From: Phallusia mammillata | Taxonomy: Eukaryota | Reading direction: 5' to 3' | Length of the DNA: 64,000 bases | NCBI GenBank assembly: GCA_965637545.1 | Contig: OZ281499.1 | Location: 806,001 to 870,000 of the forward strand | Part shown: in pieces, positions 12,989 through 24,143 of the stretch | How positions within the stretch are numbered: position 1 is the stretch's first letter | Layout of the letters: every line of letters begins with the position of its first letter | Program-made: the position numbers and the translations under genes | Notes under the pieces: model-generated | Database searches by the model: none | What the model was told of the DNA's origin: nothing | What the model saw: the letters and a program-made list of their open reading frames with translations, nothing else

Positions 12989-14390
12989 CTAAATTTGATT
13001 ACACACAAGTAATAGTATATGCTAGGCAAAACGGCAATTGGAAACATTTTTTTACAAAGTCATTTAATTAACAAAACTTGTAAGTGCTCTGCACAGTTTT
13101 ATACGTTTCAATTGAAAGTTTTACAGTCACTGTAAGCTATATGTATAGTCAGCAAACATAGTGCTAGCCCAAGTTCTCACTTTGAAGAGAAAAACTGGCG
13201 GAGACCAATAAAATACTAAACAACCTGAAAACTCCATGAGCACTCAAATCTTTGGACCCTCAAACATTACTGGTGTGGAGTATCGTGTATTGAATTTATA
13301 AATAAGTGTCATTACATACAAGCGACCTTATCACGTGATTGCATAAACGTTTTATTTCGTCATCGTCTCAGTAATTGACCTTTCAATTTTTTCCATTTAG
13401 CATTATCTAACACCTTCTATCTAATTTTGCCTTCTTGTCAAGGTTATCTATATATCTGCCATTTGCTTTTACTCACATACAATGAAACGTTATCAGGCTA
13501 CTAGTCTCTCTTACAATTCAAGGCTAAGACTTCTTCCCCATATAGGACCAAGCCCAGCCAAGCAGAAGTTTAGAGAGCGAATAAGTTGGAAAATATATTC
13601 GCCAAACGATAATTGGCACGGACTAAAGGGTGGATGAGCATCGAGTTAATGGTTAATCCGACTTACACAAATAGCAGAGTAGTAAACGAAGAACAAGCAG
13701 AAGAGTAGTAAACGAACGAATAAAACGATTTGATGAGTTTATTATTGACTTTTGGAAAGAGGTAAGAAAACATAACATGTTTGGCAAACAAAAACCACAT
13801 AAATTTAAAGGCATGTGGGACAATTGTTTAAACAAATGCATTACTTTCAGGCTGTCCCAACTATTTTTTTTTTGAAAATAAGATTTATAGAGAAACCGGT
13901 GTATTAAGTGGTTCAGTTACACACGATTAGACATTCTTGTTTTTTTTGCACATGATATTTTTGCACTGCAACTAGTCTTACCTCGTGCATGTGAGAAGTT
14001 GCCTGGTGACGAGTGTTATCCGCCATGACAGTATTTGTTTTACAAAATACTTAACAGCACCTAAAAATCAGTTTTTGCAAAACAAAAAAAGTTTACATTC
14101 AAATTGACAATTGATTGCAAACAATTATAGATTGTTAGATAAACATCCGATGGCGAATTTTCATATATTGACAGACTTTTTGGTGTTCACAGTTTTTTTT
14201 ACCTTATTTCGGACTTTTGATACTTTGTGGTTGTTCACAACGTTGACGATGTTATTTTTCTAATATAGTTCTGTTTTTATTTAAAAGCGACTTGTTTGTT
14301 ATGTGTAACTACCTTGTTAAAAAGTAGTATTTTAATTCGCTGAACAAAAATTAGAAATTTACAAAAAAACAAACTAATAAACGTTACATT

Positions 14391-14677
14391 TGTTGTGTTT
14401 TCAATCACGTTTGCGCCTTGCTTCTTACAGAGTCCAAATAAGAACAGTTTGCTTGTTGTAACTTAGGTTGTATTCAGTCGAAATCAGTAAAATAGAATAG
14501 TAACGTAGTAAGTGAACAGCCTTTTATAAGCTAACGAAGTAATTGCAAACGCACCAATCACATTCCTGCAGTAGGCACAAATCAAGCGCGTACACACACA
14601 CAACGCATAGCAATTAAAATAACACAAGAATGCCTCGAGCCGCGTGCTCGGGAATAGCGCGGTTGCGTTCCACAACA
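14391..14677 (-). repeat. 3' LTR of the Gypsy element
   Basis: TGTTGTG...CACAACA, near-identical to 18892-19178; polypurine tract (AAAAGGGGAGG on minus) abuts it at 14678-14688. Confidence 0.96.
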
Positions 14678-14689
14678 CCTCCCCTTTTA

Positions 14690-17600
14690 TTATTGTTCAC
14701 CCTGAACATCGTAGCCGAACCTCCTCGGCTGTAGGCGTTGTCTCTTCGAGCGACGGGGATTGTCAGGACCAAACCTCGGGGAATCGGGAGGAGTAGATGA
14801 GGATGATGCTGGTGTATCAGTGGACGGGACCAGCGGAATATGCTCTGACGGAAGTGAGAGTTCAGGGTCACCAGGGTCATCGTCTTCATTAGGGTATCTG
14901 GGACGAAGTTGGTCAAGGTGACGTCTCCAGATCGGACCACGAGGAAATACTCTCACGTTAAATGTTCTACTCCCACAGCATTTAACAATAGTGGCAGGAA
15001 CCCATCTTTTCGAACCATCGTGTCTAGATCCAAAATGTTGCGCGTAACATGGATCACCATTTCGGAAACTAATACGCACTGGTTTGTTGTTCTTCGACAC
15101 GGCATTTTGTTGCTGGCGTTGCAAGACATGTGTAGGTGATGGTACCATCGTGTCAATGAGCGATCGAATTTGTCGAGCGTTGAGCAACTCGCTCGGGGAG
15201 AAACCGCTAGAATTTGGGGTTCTTCGGTACTGAAGAAGAAACTCCTGTAAAGCTTCTTTCGGGGGTTTCTCTGACTTCTTCATTGCCTTTTTGAACGTTT
15301 GAACTAGTCGTTCGGCGGCGCCATTTGTGGACGGGTGATAAGGCGCACCCGTTAGATGAACAATACCCCTCTGCCGGCAGAAATCCTGGAACTCGGCAGA
15401 AACGAAAGCCTGCGCGTTATCCGAGACAATAGTGTGTGGATAACCAAAATGTGCGAAGTCTTCTTCGAGCAAGTTCATGGTCGCCTTGGAAGTCATCAAT
15501 GAAGTAGCATGAATGCACGGGTACTTAGAATAGGCGTCGATCATGAGCAACCAATTGCTTCCCAAGAAGTTTACAGCATGGTCGATGTGAACACGACTCC
15601 ATGGTTTTTCAGGAATCATCCATGGATGGACAGAAGGTTTAGTAGGAAGGTTTTGCTGTTCTCCGCATATGGAACATTTTCGGCAAAGATTCAGAATATC
15701 GTCATCAATGTTCGGCCAGTACACTGCAGACCTAGCCAACTGCTTCATCCTTTGAATGCCAAAGTGACCTTGGTGTAGCAGTTGTAGCACGTGTTGTCGT
15801 AGCTTTTGCGGAATAACCAATCGAGTTCCATAGAACAGACAACCATGAGAAACTGTCAACAAATCAGCAGACCTGCGAAACTTTGCAGCTGGATCATTCG
15901 ATGAAAGAGTTGTTGGCCAACCGTTTTGGACAAAACGCATGACTCGGGAAAGAACATCATCTTTTCCGGATTCCTTCTTCATGGTGTTGGGGTCTGTGGG
16001 CTGGACTTGACGACTTAGCGTAGTGATGGTGCAAACAGTGTCGACATCATCTGTAGTTTCCTCTTTGTCAAAATAGACATCTTCCCCTTGTGGTAAACGG
16101 CTGAGTGCATCGGCGTTCTGGTGACTGGCGGTCTTCCTGTACTCGATTTTGTATTTAAACTGACCGAGGAAAAGAGCCCATCGTGCTAACCGATTTGCCG
16201 CAAGTGGAGGTGTTGGCTTGGTAGGACCAAAAAGTGCCAACAATGGCTTGTGGTCGGTGACAAGAATGAATTCCCGACCAAAAAGATATTGGTAAAACTT
16301 CTTCAGTGCAAAGATAATTGAAAGAGCCTCTTTTTGGATTTGGCTGTAGTTGCGCTGACTGGAGGAGAGTAACTTTGAGACATTGGCAATTGGCCTCTCG
16401 CTTCCGTCCGAACAGCGATGAAAAAGTACGGCACCAATGCCAACATTGGACGCATCACAAGATATCCCAATAGGAAGAGAGGGATCAAAGTAAGTTAAGA
16501 CATTGTCGGTAGACAGCAATGTCTTCAATTGACGGAAAGCTTTTGATTCTTCGTTATTCCAACTCCAAAGAACTTTGTCTCGAGTCAGACGATACAGAGG
16601 TTCAGCAATGGAAGAAAAACTTGGTGGCAAAAATTTGCTATAAAATTGAACCGACCCTAGGAACGAACGTAGCGCCGATACGTCTTTCGGTGCAGGCATA
16701 TTGAGCACAGCATCGAGTTTAGAAGCTTTCCTGATGCCGTCTTTATGAAGTAAATGACCCAAGTATTCAACTGTGGGTTGTGCGAACTTGCATTTCTCGA
16801 AACGACAGCGAAGCCCCTTCTCACTTAAACGTTGAAGCAATCGACGAAGATTGTTTAAGTGATCTTTTGCCGATGAACCGATGACAAGTAAATCATCGAG
16901 ATATACAGCCACTCCTGGGAGATCTTGCGTCAGTTCGTCCATAATCTGTTGAAAGTATCCCGGAGCCGAGGTGATGCCAAACGGTAATACATTTTGCAGC
17001 AAGACACCTCGGTGAGTGCTCAAAGCCAACCTTTTTCGGCTTTCGGGACCTAGACGTATTTGGTTGTACGCATCAGCAAGATCGATTTTCGTGAAACCAA
17101 ATCCTCCTCGAAGCTTCTGCATCAAAATATCTGGAAGAGGTAGTGGATGTCGATGGAGTGCCAATTGGGGATTTACCGTGGCTGAATAATCCCCGCAAAG
17201 TCTTAGTCGTGGCCGGTTGTGGGTTGACAACGGTGCTTTTCGAACGGGAACCACTGGTGTACCCCAGTCATTGAACTTCACTGGAGTCCAGATTCCTCGG
17301 GCAATTCCTGCATCATATTCACGGGCAACGTCTTCTTGTAGCGCAAATGGCACGGAACGGTGCTTAAAGAAAACCGGTTTAGCCTCCGCTTGAAACTTCA
17401 CTTCAAGCTCTAAACCTTTCAAGCAACCAAGTTCAGGTTTGAAAATGTCTTTAAACTCGTTGCAAAGACTTCGGCAAGCATCTTGTAAAGGCAGATAGCG
17501 TTGGTCGTCTGACGTAGCAACGGAATTAACACAATCTTTGGGAGATGAATGATGCAGTATGTCGTCAACCGAAATCTCCAAAGAACAAATGGCACTGCGA

Positions 17601-18118
17601 CCAAGCAAATTTAAGCGCGGAACTTTCGTGACAAAGAAATCTTGATCAGAGACTCGACCACCATACGTAGTTGGCGTCGTAAACATACCCAACAAAGGCA
17701 CTGGGTGCTCTGTCGCAGAATTAAAACGTCGATCAGGAGCCCGAAGCTTAGGCGACCCGATTCTCTTCCAATCGTGGACAGACAAGAAATTTCCACTGGT
17801 TGCTGTATCCAGCTCAAATTTGCAAAATTTGCCATAAAGTGACACCACAACCTCCAACTTGTGTAGTGGGGAATGAGTGGAAATTGACTTCAGAAAATGA
17901 ACATTCGTCATCGAATTGACCACATCGGACTTCTTCTTACGGCAAGCATCTTCAGTATGACCTATGCGATTGCAATATCGACACGTCGCATTCTTGTGAC
18001 GGCAAACCGGCGCAAAATGACCAGTTTTCCCACAGCGATAACATCGGGCAGCTTCTTTGGGCTTCTCATTCGATGCGGATTTTGTAGACTGCCTCTTGGA
18101 TCTGCGCACCTTACGCAC
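14690..18118 (-). CDS. pol: Gypsy gag C-terminus/pol: two CCHC zinc knuckles, aspartic protease, RT, RNase H, integrase
   Basis: 1142-aa open frame with CYRCGKTGHFAPVC, LDTATS, YLDD, CDASNVG, HHCC zinc finger and D..D..E integrase motifs. Confidence 0.95.
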   Translation of the reverse strand: MRKVRRSKRQSTKSASNEKPKEAARCYRCGKTGHFAPVCRHKNATCRYCNRIGHTEDACRKKKSDVVNSMTNVHFLKSISTHSPLHKLEVVVSLYGKFCKFELDTATSGNFLSVHDWKRIGSPKLRAPDRRFNSATEHPVPLLGMFTTPTTYGGRVSDQDFFVTKVPRLNLLGRSAICSLEISVDDILHHSSPKDCVNSVATSDDQRYLPLQDACRSLCNEFKDIFKPELGCLKGLELEVKFQAEAKPVFFKHRSVPFALQEDVAREYDAGIARGIWTPVKFNDWGTPVVPVRKAPLSTHNRPRLRLCGDYSATVNPQLALHRHPLPLPDILMQKLRGGFGFTKIDLADAYNQIRLGPESRKRLALSTHRGVLLQNVLPFGITSAPGYFQQIMDELTQDLPGVAVYLDDLLVIGSSAKDHLNNLRRLLQRLSEKGLRCRFEKCKFAQPTVEYLGHLLHKDGIRKASKLDAVLNMPAPKDVSALRSFLGSVQFYSKFLPPSFSSIAEPLYRLTRDKVLWSWNNEESKAFRQLKTLLSTDNVLTYFDPSLPIGISCDASNVGIGAVLFHRCSDGSERPIANVSKLLSSSQRNYSQIQKEALSIIFALKKFYQYLFGREFILVTDHKPLLALFGPTKPTPPLAANRLARWALFLGQFKYKIEYRKTASHQNADALSRLPQGEDVYFDKEETTDDVDTVCTITTLSRQVQPTDPNTMKKESGKDDVLSRVMRFVQNGWPTTLSSNDPAAKFRRSADLLTVSHGCLFYGTRLVIPQKLRQHVLQLLHQGHFGIQRMKQLARSAVYWPNIDDDILNLCRKCSICGEQQNLPTKPSVHPWMIPEKPWSRVHIDHAVNFLGSNWLLMIDAYSKYPCIHATSLMTSKATMNLLEEDFAHFGYPHTIVSDNAQAFVSAEFQDFCRQRGIVHLTGAPYHPSTNGAAERLVQTFKKAMKKSEKPPKEALQEFLLQYRRTPNSSGFSPSELLNARQIRSLIDTMVPSPTHVLQRQQQNAVSKNNKPVRISFRNGDPCYAQHFGSRHDGSKRWVPATIVKCCGSRTFNVRVFPRGPIWRRHLDQLRPRYPNEDDDPGDPELSLPSEHIPLVPSTDTPASSSSTPPDSPRFGPDNPRRSKRQRLQPRRFGYDVQGEQ

Positions 18119-18822
18119 AGAATCCCATAGACGGTTTCCTTGGCAACTTGCGCCGCATCCTCCGTCTGCATGGCAACCTCAATCGCACGAGAGAAAGTAA
18201 GTTCATCTGACTTGAGTTTAAACATGGCCTTCAACACCGCTTCATTGGATATTGAACAGATGAACCTGGTTCGTAAAGCTTCATCCAACGGATCTTAGAT
18301 AGAGGTGAAATCACATGTAGCAGCATCGTGACGAATCCGGGCGGCCAATTCCTGCACCGATTCACCTGGCTTTCGCTGCATGTTGCTCCAAAACCGGAAC
18401 CTTTCGCGAATAATAAAACGCTTGGGATCAAATTGATCTTTCATGAAGCCTTCAATCTCATTCATTGTTAGATCGTTGACGTCTTTTGCAGGCGAACTTT
18501 GTCCTGCTAAATTGGACAGCAGCTTGTAAGTTGTAGTGGTTTGGTTCGTCAAAAACACTTGGGCAACCCTCTTTTCGGATATTGCAGGAGCCTTCACAAA
18601 TGTTGAGAAGCGAGACCAGTAGTCGTCCCACAATTCTGTCGTAGAATCAAAGGGGTTAAAGCTAGGTGCAGCAACATTAGAATTGGCAACGGCGGGACCA
18701 GAAGACGTTTCCAACACAGACAGGATAAGATTCATTTGCTCCTTATGCTGTCGTTGTTGCTCTTCATGACTTCGTTGTTGCTGTTGCATCTGCTTCTGCA
18801 TCGTCTCCAATAACTTCTCCAT
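18119..18822 (-). pseudogene. gag: Gypsy gag N-terminal/capsid region, disrupted
   Basis: In-frame TAA at 18295-18297 (FTSI*DPLDEALRTRF) and a frameshift near 18120-18130 before the zinc knuckles. Confidence 0.85.
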
Positions 18823-18866
18823 ATTGACACAAACGTTGAGATTGAAACAAGTCGTTCAGTTGACGT

Positions 18867-18884
18867 ATCCCATCCTCGTCGCCA
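18867..18884 (-). other. Primer-binding site complementary to the tRNA-Ser(GCT) 3' end
   Basis: Plus strand reads ATCCCATCCTCGTCGCCA, matching the 3' end of animal tRNA-Ser(GCT) as I recall it, plus CCA; 7 nt inside the 5' LTR. Confidence 0.8.
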
Positions 18885-18891
18885 GAAACTC

Positions 18892-19178
18892 TGTTGTGTT
18901 TTCAATCACGTTTGTGCCTTGCTTCTTACAGAGTCCAAATAAGAACAGTTTGCTTGTTGTAACTTAGGTTGTATTCATTCGAAATCAGTAAAATAGAATA
19001 GTAACGTAGTAAGTGAACAGCTTTTTATAGGCTCACGAAGTAATTGCAAACGCACCAATCACATTCCTGCAGTAGGCACAAATCAAGCGCGTACACACAC
19101 ACAACGCGTAGCAATTAAAATAACACAAGAATGCCTCGAGCCGCGTGCTCGGGAATAGCGCGGTTGCGTTCCACAACA
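18892..19178 (-). repeat. 5' LTR of the Gypsy element
   Basis: Near-identical to 14391-14677 and followed on the minus strand by the PBS. Confidence 0.96.
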
Positions 19179-19554
19179 ACATTTTTGTCACATAATCCTT
19201 ATAGCCCAACCTTTTTTCTAACGCAAAGGGTTAATTATAGGTTTCCTACTTAACTTAGTTAATATTTTAATGCAGTTATGTTGCTACGATTTGTTTCATC
19301 TGATAAATAAAATCAACCCAACTCAACTTTAGGTGCATTTTTTAACGGACTCTTGGCAGGTATCAGACAACACACATGATTGTGGTTGTTTCGATATTTG
19401 TTGTCAACTTTCTTCATTACAAAGCTAAAATGCTTTAAACCTCTATGGTTGAAAAAAATATCAATGTCTTTAGCAGACTCAAAAATTGTGCTGAAAAAAA
19501 AGCGACACGTCTCACTGCGTTCTCTCGCTGATGCTTTTTTCTTTTCGACTCGTT

Positions 19555-19705
19555 TAAAGGGGAATCCCCCTTAGGCTCGCGCATGACTGGCTGTTAGCTT
19601 CGATCGGGTGGTACAGACAGGAACTTGTTTGCTGACTGCTGTGGCAGAGTTTGTGCCGTTTGGTTTTTATACTGCCGCTTTTACCGTGAGGGGATTAACC
19701 AGGTG
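19555..19705 (-). promoter_or_regulatory. Putative promoter copy 3
   Basis: GGGGAATCCCC near 19559-19569, TATAAA on minus at 19666-19671, GGGGATTAACC at 19690-19700. Confidence 0.45.
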
Positions 19706-20074
19706 AAACTGTGCGTGTTTGAAGTTACAGCAGAAACTAACTGTGGGGAGAAACTAACTTTTTTCACTGGTTCGCATGGGTCAATCCGTCTGGCAGCATT
19801 TGCAAACAACAAATGACTAGTTATCCAATTATCAGCTGCAGACACAATACCTTCGTCAGTTTACTCAATTAAAACCTCCAATAAAACCGGGTCAAGTGGT
19901 CAAGTAGTAGGCCAAAGGCTAATTACCGTTTTAATCCTGTATTTTTGTATCCCACTTTAGCTTGGTCATTGAGCACAGATGGCAATTGGATTACACACAT
20001 TTCAGTTTTAAAATGTCTATTTAGTCATTTTTTATAAAGCACACACACACATACTTTTACTTCTATATTCCAAT

Positions 20075-20227
20075 ATGTCATCACAAATAGACGAATATAC
20101 TGTTTGGGTTCCGAAACAAACTTCAAAAAAATACAATGTTATGAGATTTAATGCTGTTGACAGAGTCGATATTAAAAATTAGGTGGATGGAACTTTGTCT
20201 CGAGATCTCAGTGCAAAAAAGATTTAC
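20075..20227 (+). pseudogene. GTF2F1: TFIIF alpha subunit (RAP74) N-terminal fragment
   Basis: Translates MSSQIDEYTVWVPKQTSKKYNVMRFNAVDRVDIKN*VDGTLSRDLSAKKIY, matching the RAP74 N-terminus as I recall it (EYVVRVPKNTTKKYNIMAFNAADKV...W...LERDLSNKKIY). The conserved Trp is a TAG; no downstream RAP74 exons recognised. Confidence 0.85.
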
Positions 20228-21036
20228 GTTGTAATGTATGATCACTGACGTGTTTGTAACATATTTTATTTGAGGACAGTCTATTCGTTTTGGTGCATTC
20301 CAAACGAACAAACGATTGTGAACCAAGCAAGATCCTTTTGTGTACATAACAGTTGACGGAGAGTGCTCGTGTTCAGGAATTGACGACTGTCTCGATCCAA
20401 GAAGTTACCGACAAGGAAATTGCCCATCTCGGCGACATTGGACCGGAAATAATCGAATCAGTGACCGCCGTCAGTGCGCAAAATTTCAAGTGGCGAAGAA
20501 CTGATCCGCCCAAACAACATCTGCAAAACCATCAACGATACAACAAACAACAAACCAGCAGACTTGTCATTTTTATGTTCTGTGTACAGCCAACTGCCAA
20601 TTCCATGACATTCGAACCCTGCCAACGCCACCAAGAACAAAAATTAAAACATTGCATTGGTAAAGTATTTAAACCTTCAGATCACCTTTTTAAAATCCCA
20701 GCAATTACCTGTCAACAAACCATAACCCGAACGACGTCCACGTTCTACTTTCTGGGTGTTAAACAAACTAAAAGTATTGTAGATTTTTTACCGCCTCCTA
20801 AATAACAAGCATGTATTTTCTGGAAGATGACTTAGCAAGCACTCAATCAAGGAATATTGCATCCTGCTGGCCAACAAGTATGTAAGACCAATAAAAAGTA
20901 AACCCGATTATCGCTGGCCGACCACAACACATACATTTGTACAAAACGCTGTCTTGACCCGTGTAAATATTCTTTATGATCATGTACAGCGAAAACTAAT
21001 AAGCCCGTTTTATTCGTTTAAGCGTATTCGATACGC

Positions 21037-21327
21037 CAGGGGTGTCCAAACTTTTTTTAGTGGGGGCCAATTTTTGCCTGATAAAGACGCCCGCGGGCCA
21101 ACGTTTTTTTAAAAATTGAACACAAATATACAGGTTTTAAGGAAATTGGGGGATTTTGTTGCGTCAGCACGCTGTACACTTTGGTTTTACCGGTAAATAA
21201 AGTTCCATGGAAGGCTTTTGCGTGAAGTCGCAAGTCGCCAAAGCCCAAAAACGTTTTTGCAAAACAATTTAAAAACAGTCGCGGGCCGCGTAAAATGTCG
21301 CCGCGGGCCGCACTTTGGACACCCCTG
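21037..21327. mobile_element. hAT MITE nested in a small palindromic element
   Basis: CAGGGGTGTCCAAA ... TTTGGACACCCCTG; perfect TSD CGATACGC; host has inverted ends TAAGCGTATTC (21019-21029) / GAATACGCTTA (21431-21441). Confidence 0.9.
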
Positions 21328-23937
21328 CGATACGCTTATTCGATACGCATTTCTCTCGTTTTCGAAAAAGAAAAAAAGGCAAAGCATATTAGACTTCTCC
21401 GATGCTCGATGCGCTCGGCACAGGTGGTTTGAATACGCTTAGGCGCCAACACGCTTAGATGAACTCTTTTGTGAACAATTACGTCAACTTGAAACCATAT
21501 GTAGTTTGTTTAATTTGGTGCCGAATATAACGGGAAAATTTGTAGTTAATGTTGAACGTACGTTCCAAACTCCAAGTTATATATTTCATTAATTTTTTCG
21601 TCCAACTGGTGCAAAGTTATACAAATTAGTCGTTTTTTATACATATAACGCACAAGAGACTCTAATGAAACAGATTTAATATATTTGTACAGTCACATAA
21701 AGGATTTTTTAGTGTGCTATGGCCTGGAAATGTAATACAGTTTTAGTATGCAAACTTAGAAATCGGCACGTATTACTACTGGACAATGAAGTCAGAGTAA
21801 TCTTTACACTTTGAATGTTTCTTCCAAGTACTCCTGATAGTTTAACTGTTCACAATAAAGAAATTCATACATTTGGTATATCTAAGCTAGACGCAAACAA
21901 CTGCTGCACACAAATTAATTTAGACTTTTTCGGAAGAATAGACTAAAAATACTTTAAAATTAACAATTAAGCGGCCTTATGTTTGTATATCACTTTACAA
22001 TAACCACCATATCGTTTTTGCGCAAAGCTGAAAACCTTGAATGCGATTCGGTTCGGCAACATGTAATTTTACGCTTCAGCGAATCGAAATCGTGACGTCA
22101 GACAATGCGCATCAACGATACGATTCGATTCGCTCATGTAAAAAGGATTTCTAACTGTTCCTGGAGCTCAGGGGCTTGTTGGGCGTCTGAAATGTTCGCG
22201 GCAGCAACTACAATGTTGGCGGCAGCCGCAGACATTGCTGTGGATGCAATTCCGGCCTGACTCGCGGCGGAAGTACGGAAATCGCCGCTTGGCCTGATAA
22301 AAGTGCAAAGCAGCGTAAGGAGCTCGTTGTTTCGAGGCGAATCGTGTAGAATCTCTCCACTTTCGACAAAACTTGGCTACACGCCATTAACGCTAGAAAA
22401 AGAAAAGTCAGCGCACTGTTCGTTGGCAAGGGCGCCCCGAGGTAATTGTCTGTGCAACCCTTTGACATTTTGTGGTCACTCTGTTAAACTTTACTTCCAA
22501 TCACTACAATGTTGACTCATTGAAATTCAATTCTCGTGTCCTTCACTTCAAAGTCCACACTACACGCTCAGGTGACCTTGTGTTGAGTATATTTCCCTTG
22601 GTAAAACAGTTAAAGAAACCAATTGGATATTGGGCACCTTTTTCAGATCGGTTGCGCAAAGTTTACACGCCATAAATTGCGACAAAGTAAACAGCACAAT
22701 TACAGGTTGAAAGATGGTAAACGTGATGTAGCTACACCGTTACTATACAATCTGTTGTACATCGAGGCTTGGGGAACGTTGGTGGGACCAATGTCGGATT
22801 AAGGGTTTGCTGGCCTGTAGGCACATTTTATAAGTGGCCTGAAAATCAGGGTTGCAAACTAAAAAAATAGAATTATTAGTGTTGCCAAATCATCAAAAGT
22901 GGCCTGGATTTTTTACTGGGTTGTACGCACGTGCCTACTTTTCATAATGGGTAATCCGGCACTGGGTGGGACCAGTCAGGCTTTAATCTAACCAGTGTTT
23001 TATACATAAAGGCGGCTGATCTCGATCTTGTGCTGCTGTAGTTGAAAATGGGAAGTAACCTAACGATACCGTACTGCGTTAGTGCTTCACTATTACAAAC
23101 ATACCTTTTATACGAAATTCCACACGAAATTTGTTTGTGGTACCAGTGAATATGTTTCGGCAGCGAAATCAACTATCTGAATACATAAATCAATGTTACA
23201 ACGTTTGCAACTGAAACTGGTGATGTTTTTTCAAGCCAGGGGAGAAACTGTGTGTAATGGTATTGGTAACAACAGTGACGATGTATAAAGTATTTGTCTG
23301 CAACTGCGTATTCCACCGATTAAGCCGGAACCGAATTTTGGTACGTAGCCTGTTGTTACCCGTGTTTGGCTTTCTGCGCCAGAACTAATCACATTATGCC
23401 GTGCAGAGTCAGGGAGGCCACGCTGACATTCGGTTCAACCAATCAAACACAATACCGGAGGCGTCGGGTTCCTCTTTAAAAGCACCGGAAAGTACCCTAA
23501 AGTTTTACCAGGTTTCAGGTTTGTAGACATACACAGAGATAATGCTTATGCTTATTAAATACCTTACAATTACTAAACGGTCAAAGATGACGTGACAGTA
23601 AACTTCTTTATCGGAGATGGAAATTGTTACATTAAAGAATGTTTTTAATGCGGGTTATTGTCACTGTGTTAGGTATTAGAAAGGGCATTGCAAGTATGCA
23701 GCTAAATCCACTACAAACCATTGAACGGATTGCGACGTCGGGGTCTTGTGAAACCTTAATGGCCTGACTTTAGCGACAATGTTTCACAAAATATTTTTCG
23801 GGGCTGACTTCTCTAAACAGTGTTTGAATTAGCCTGACTATCGAGACTGTGTATCGCAGGAGACTTAACTATGGTTATGGTCGTGTGCTAAATGTCTGCC
23901 TGTGTTCATTGTCAATGAAAGAACATGGCTTCCGTTT

Positions 23938-24143
23938 CAAGTTTAAAGAGCTCTTCTGGCAAATGTGATTTTATTCCGACGTTTCGACGTCCTATACAGG
24001 TCGTCTTCATCAGGGTAAATAACACAGTGTTATTTACCCTGATGGGGACGACCTGTATAGGACGTCGAAACGTTGGAATAAAATCACATTTGCCAGAAGA
24101 GCTCTTTAAACTTGATACTATGCCTGGCAGCAATAGCTTATAT
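23938..24143. mobile_element. Penelope-like element end with inverted truncated copy and minimal hammerhead motif
   Basis: 89-bp arms 23937-24025 and 24027-24115 with 3 mismatches; CTGATGA-stem-GAAACGTC core on minus; 13-bp flanking direct repeat ATGGCTTCCGTTT. Confidence 0.7.

Larger units (their letters stand above)
14391..19178 (-). mobile_element. Full-length Ty3/Gypsy LTR retrotransposon (Mag/K02A2.6-like)
   Basis: 287-bp LTRs at 14391-14677 and 18892-19178 with TG..CA ends and 6 differences by eye. 5-bp TSD ACATT; the empty site is visible in the paralogous copy near 10040. PBS and PPT present; gag-pol inside. Confidence 0.97.
11380..20548. repeat. Tandem segmental duplication, unit B (enlarged by the Gypsy element and a MITE)
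   Basis: Colinear with unit A; unique sequence resumes after about 20548. Confidence 0.85.

Noticed and set aside
18295-18297. Programmed stop-codon read-through or frameshift in gag
   Set aside because: Both lesions fall within gag, upstream of the zinc knuckles rather than at a gag-pol junction, with no slippery heptamer; simple mutation is more likely.
14900-18450. Short plus-strand and off-frame ORFs inside the Gypsy element (and likewise inside the RTE and kinase exons)
   Set aside because: Shadow ORFs of the real coding frames with no independent motifs.
18867-18884. tRNA-Ser gene
   Set aside because: Only the 18-nt 3' end including CCA is present, which is the retrotransposon primer-binding site.
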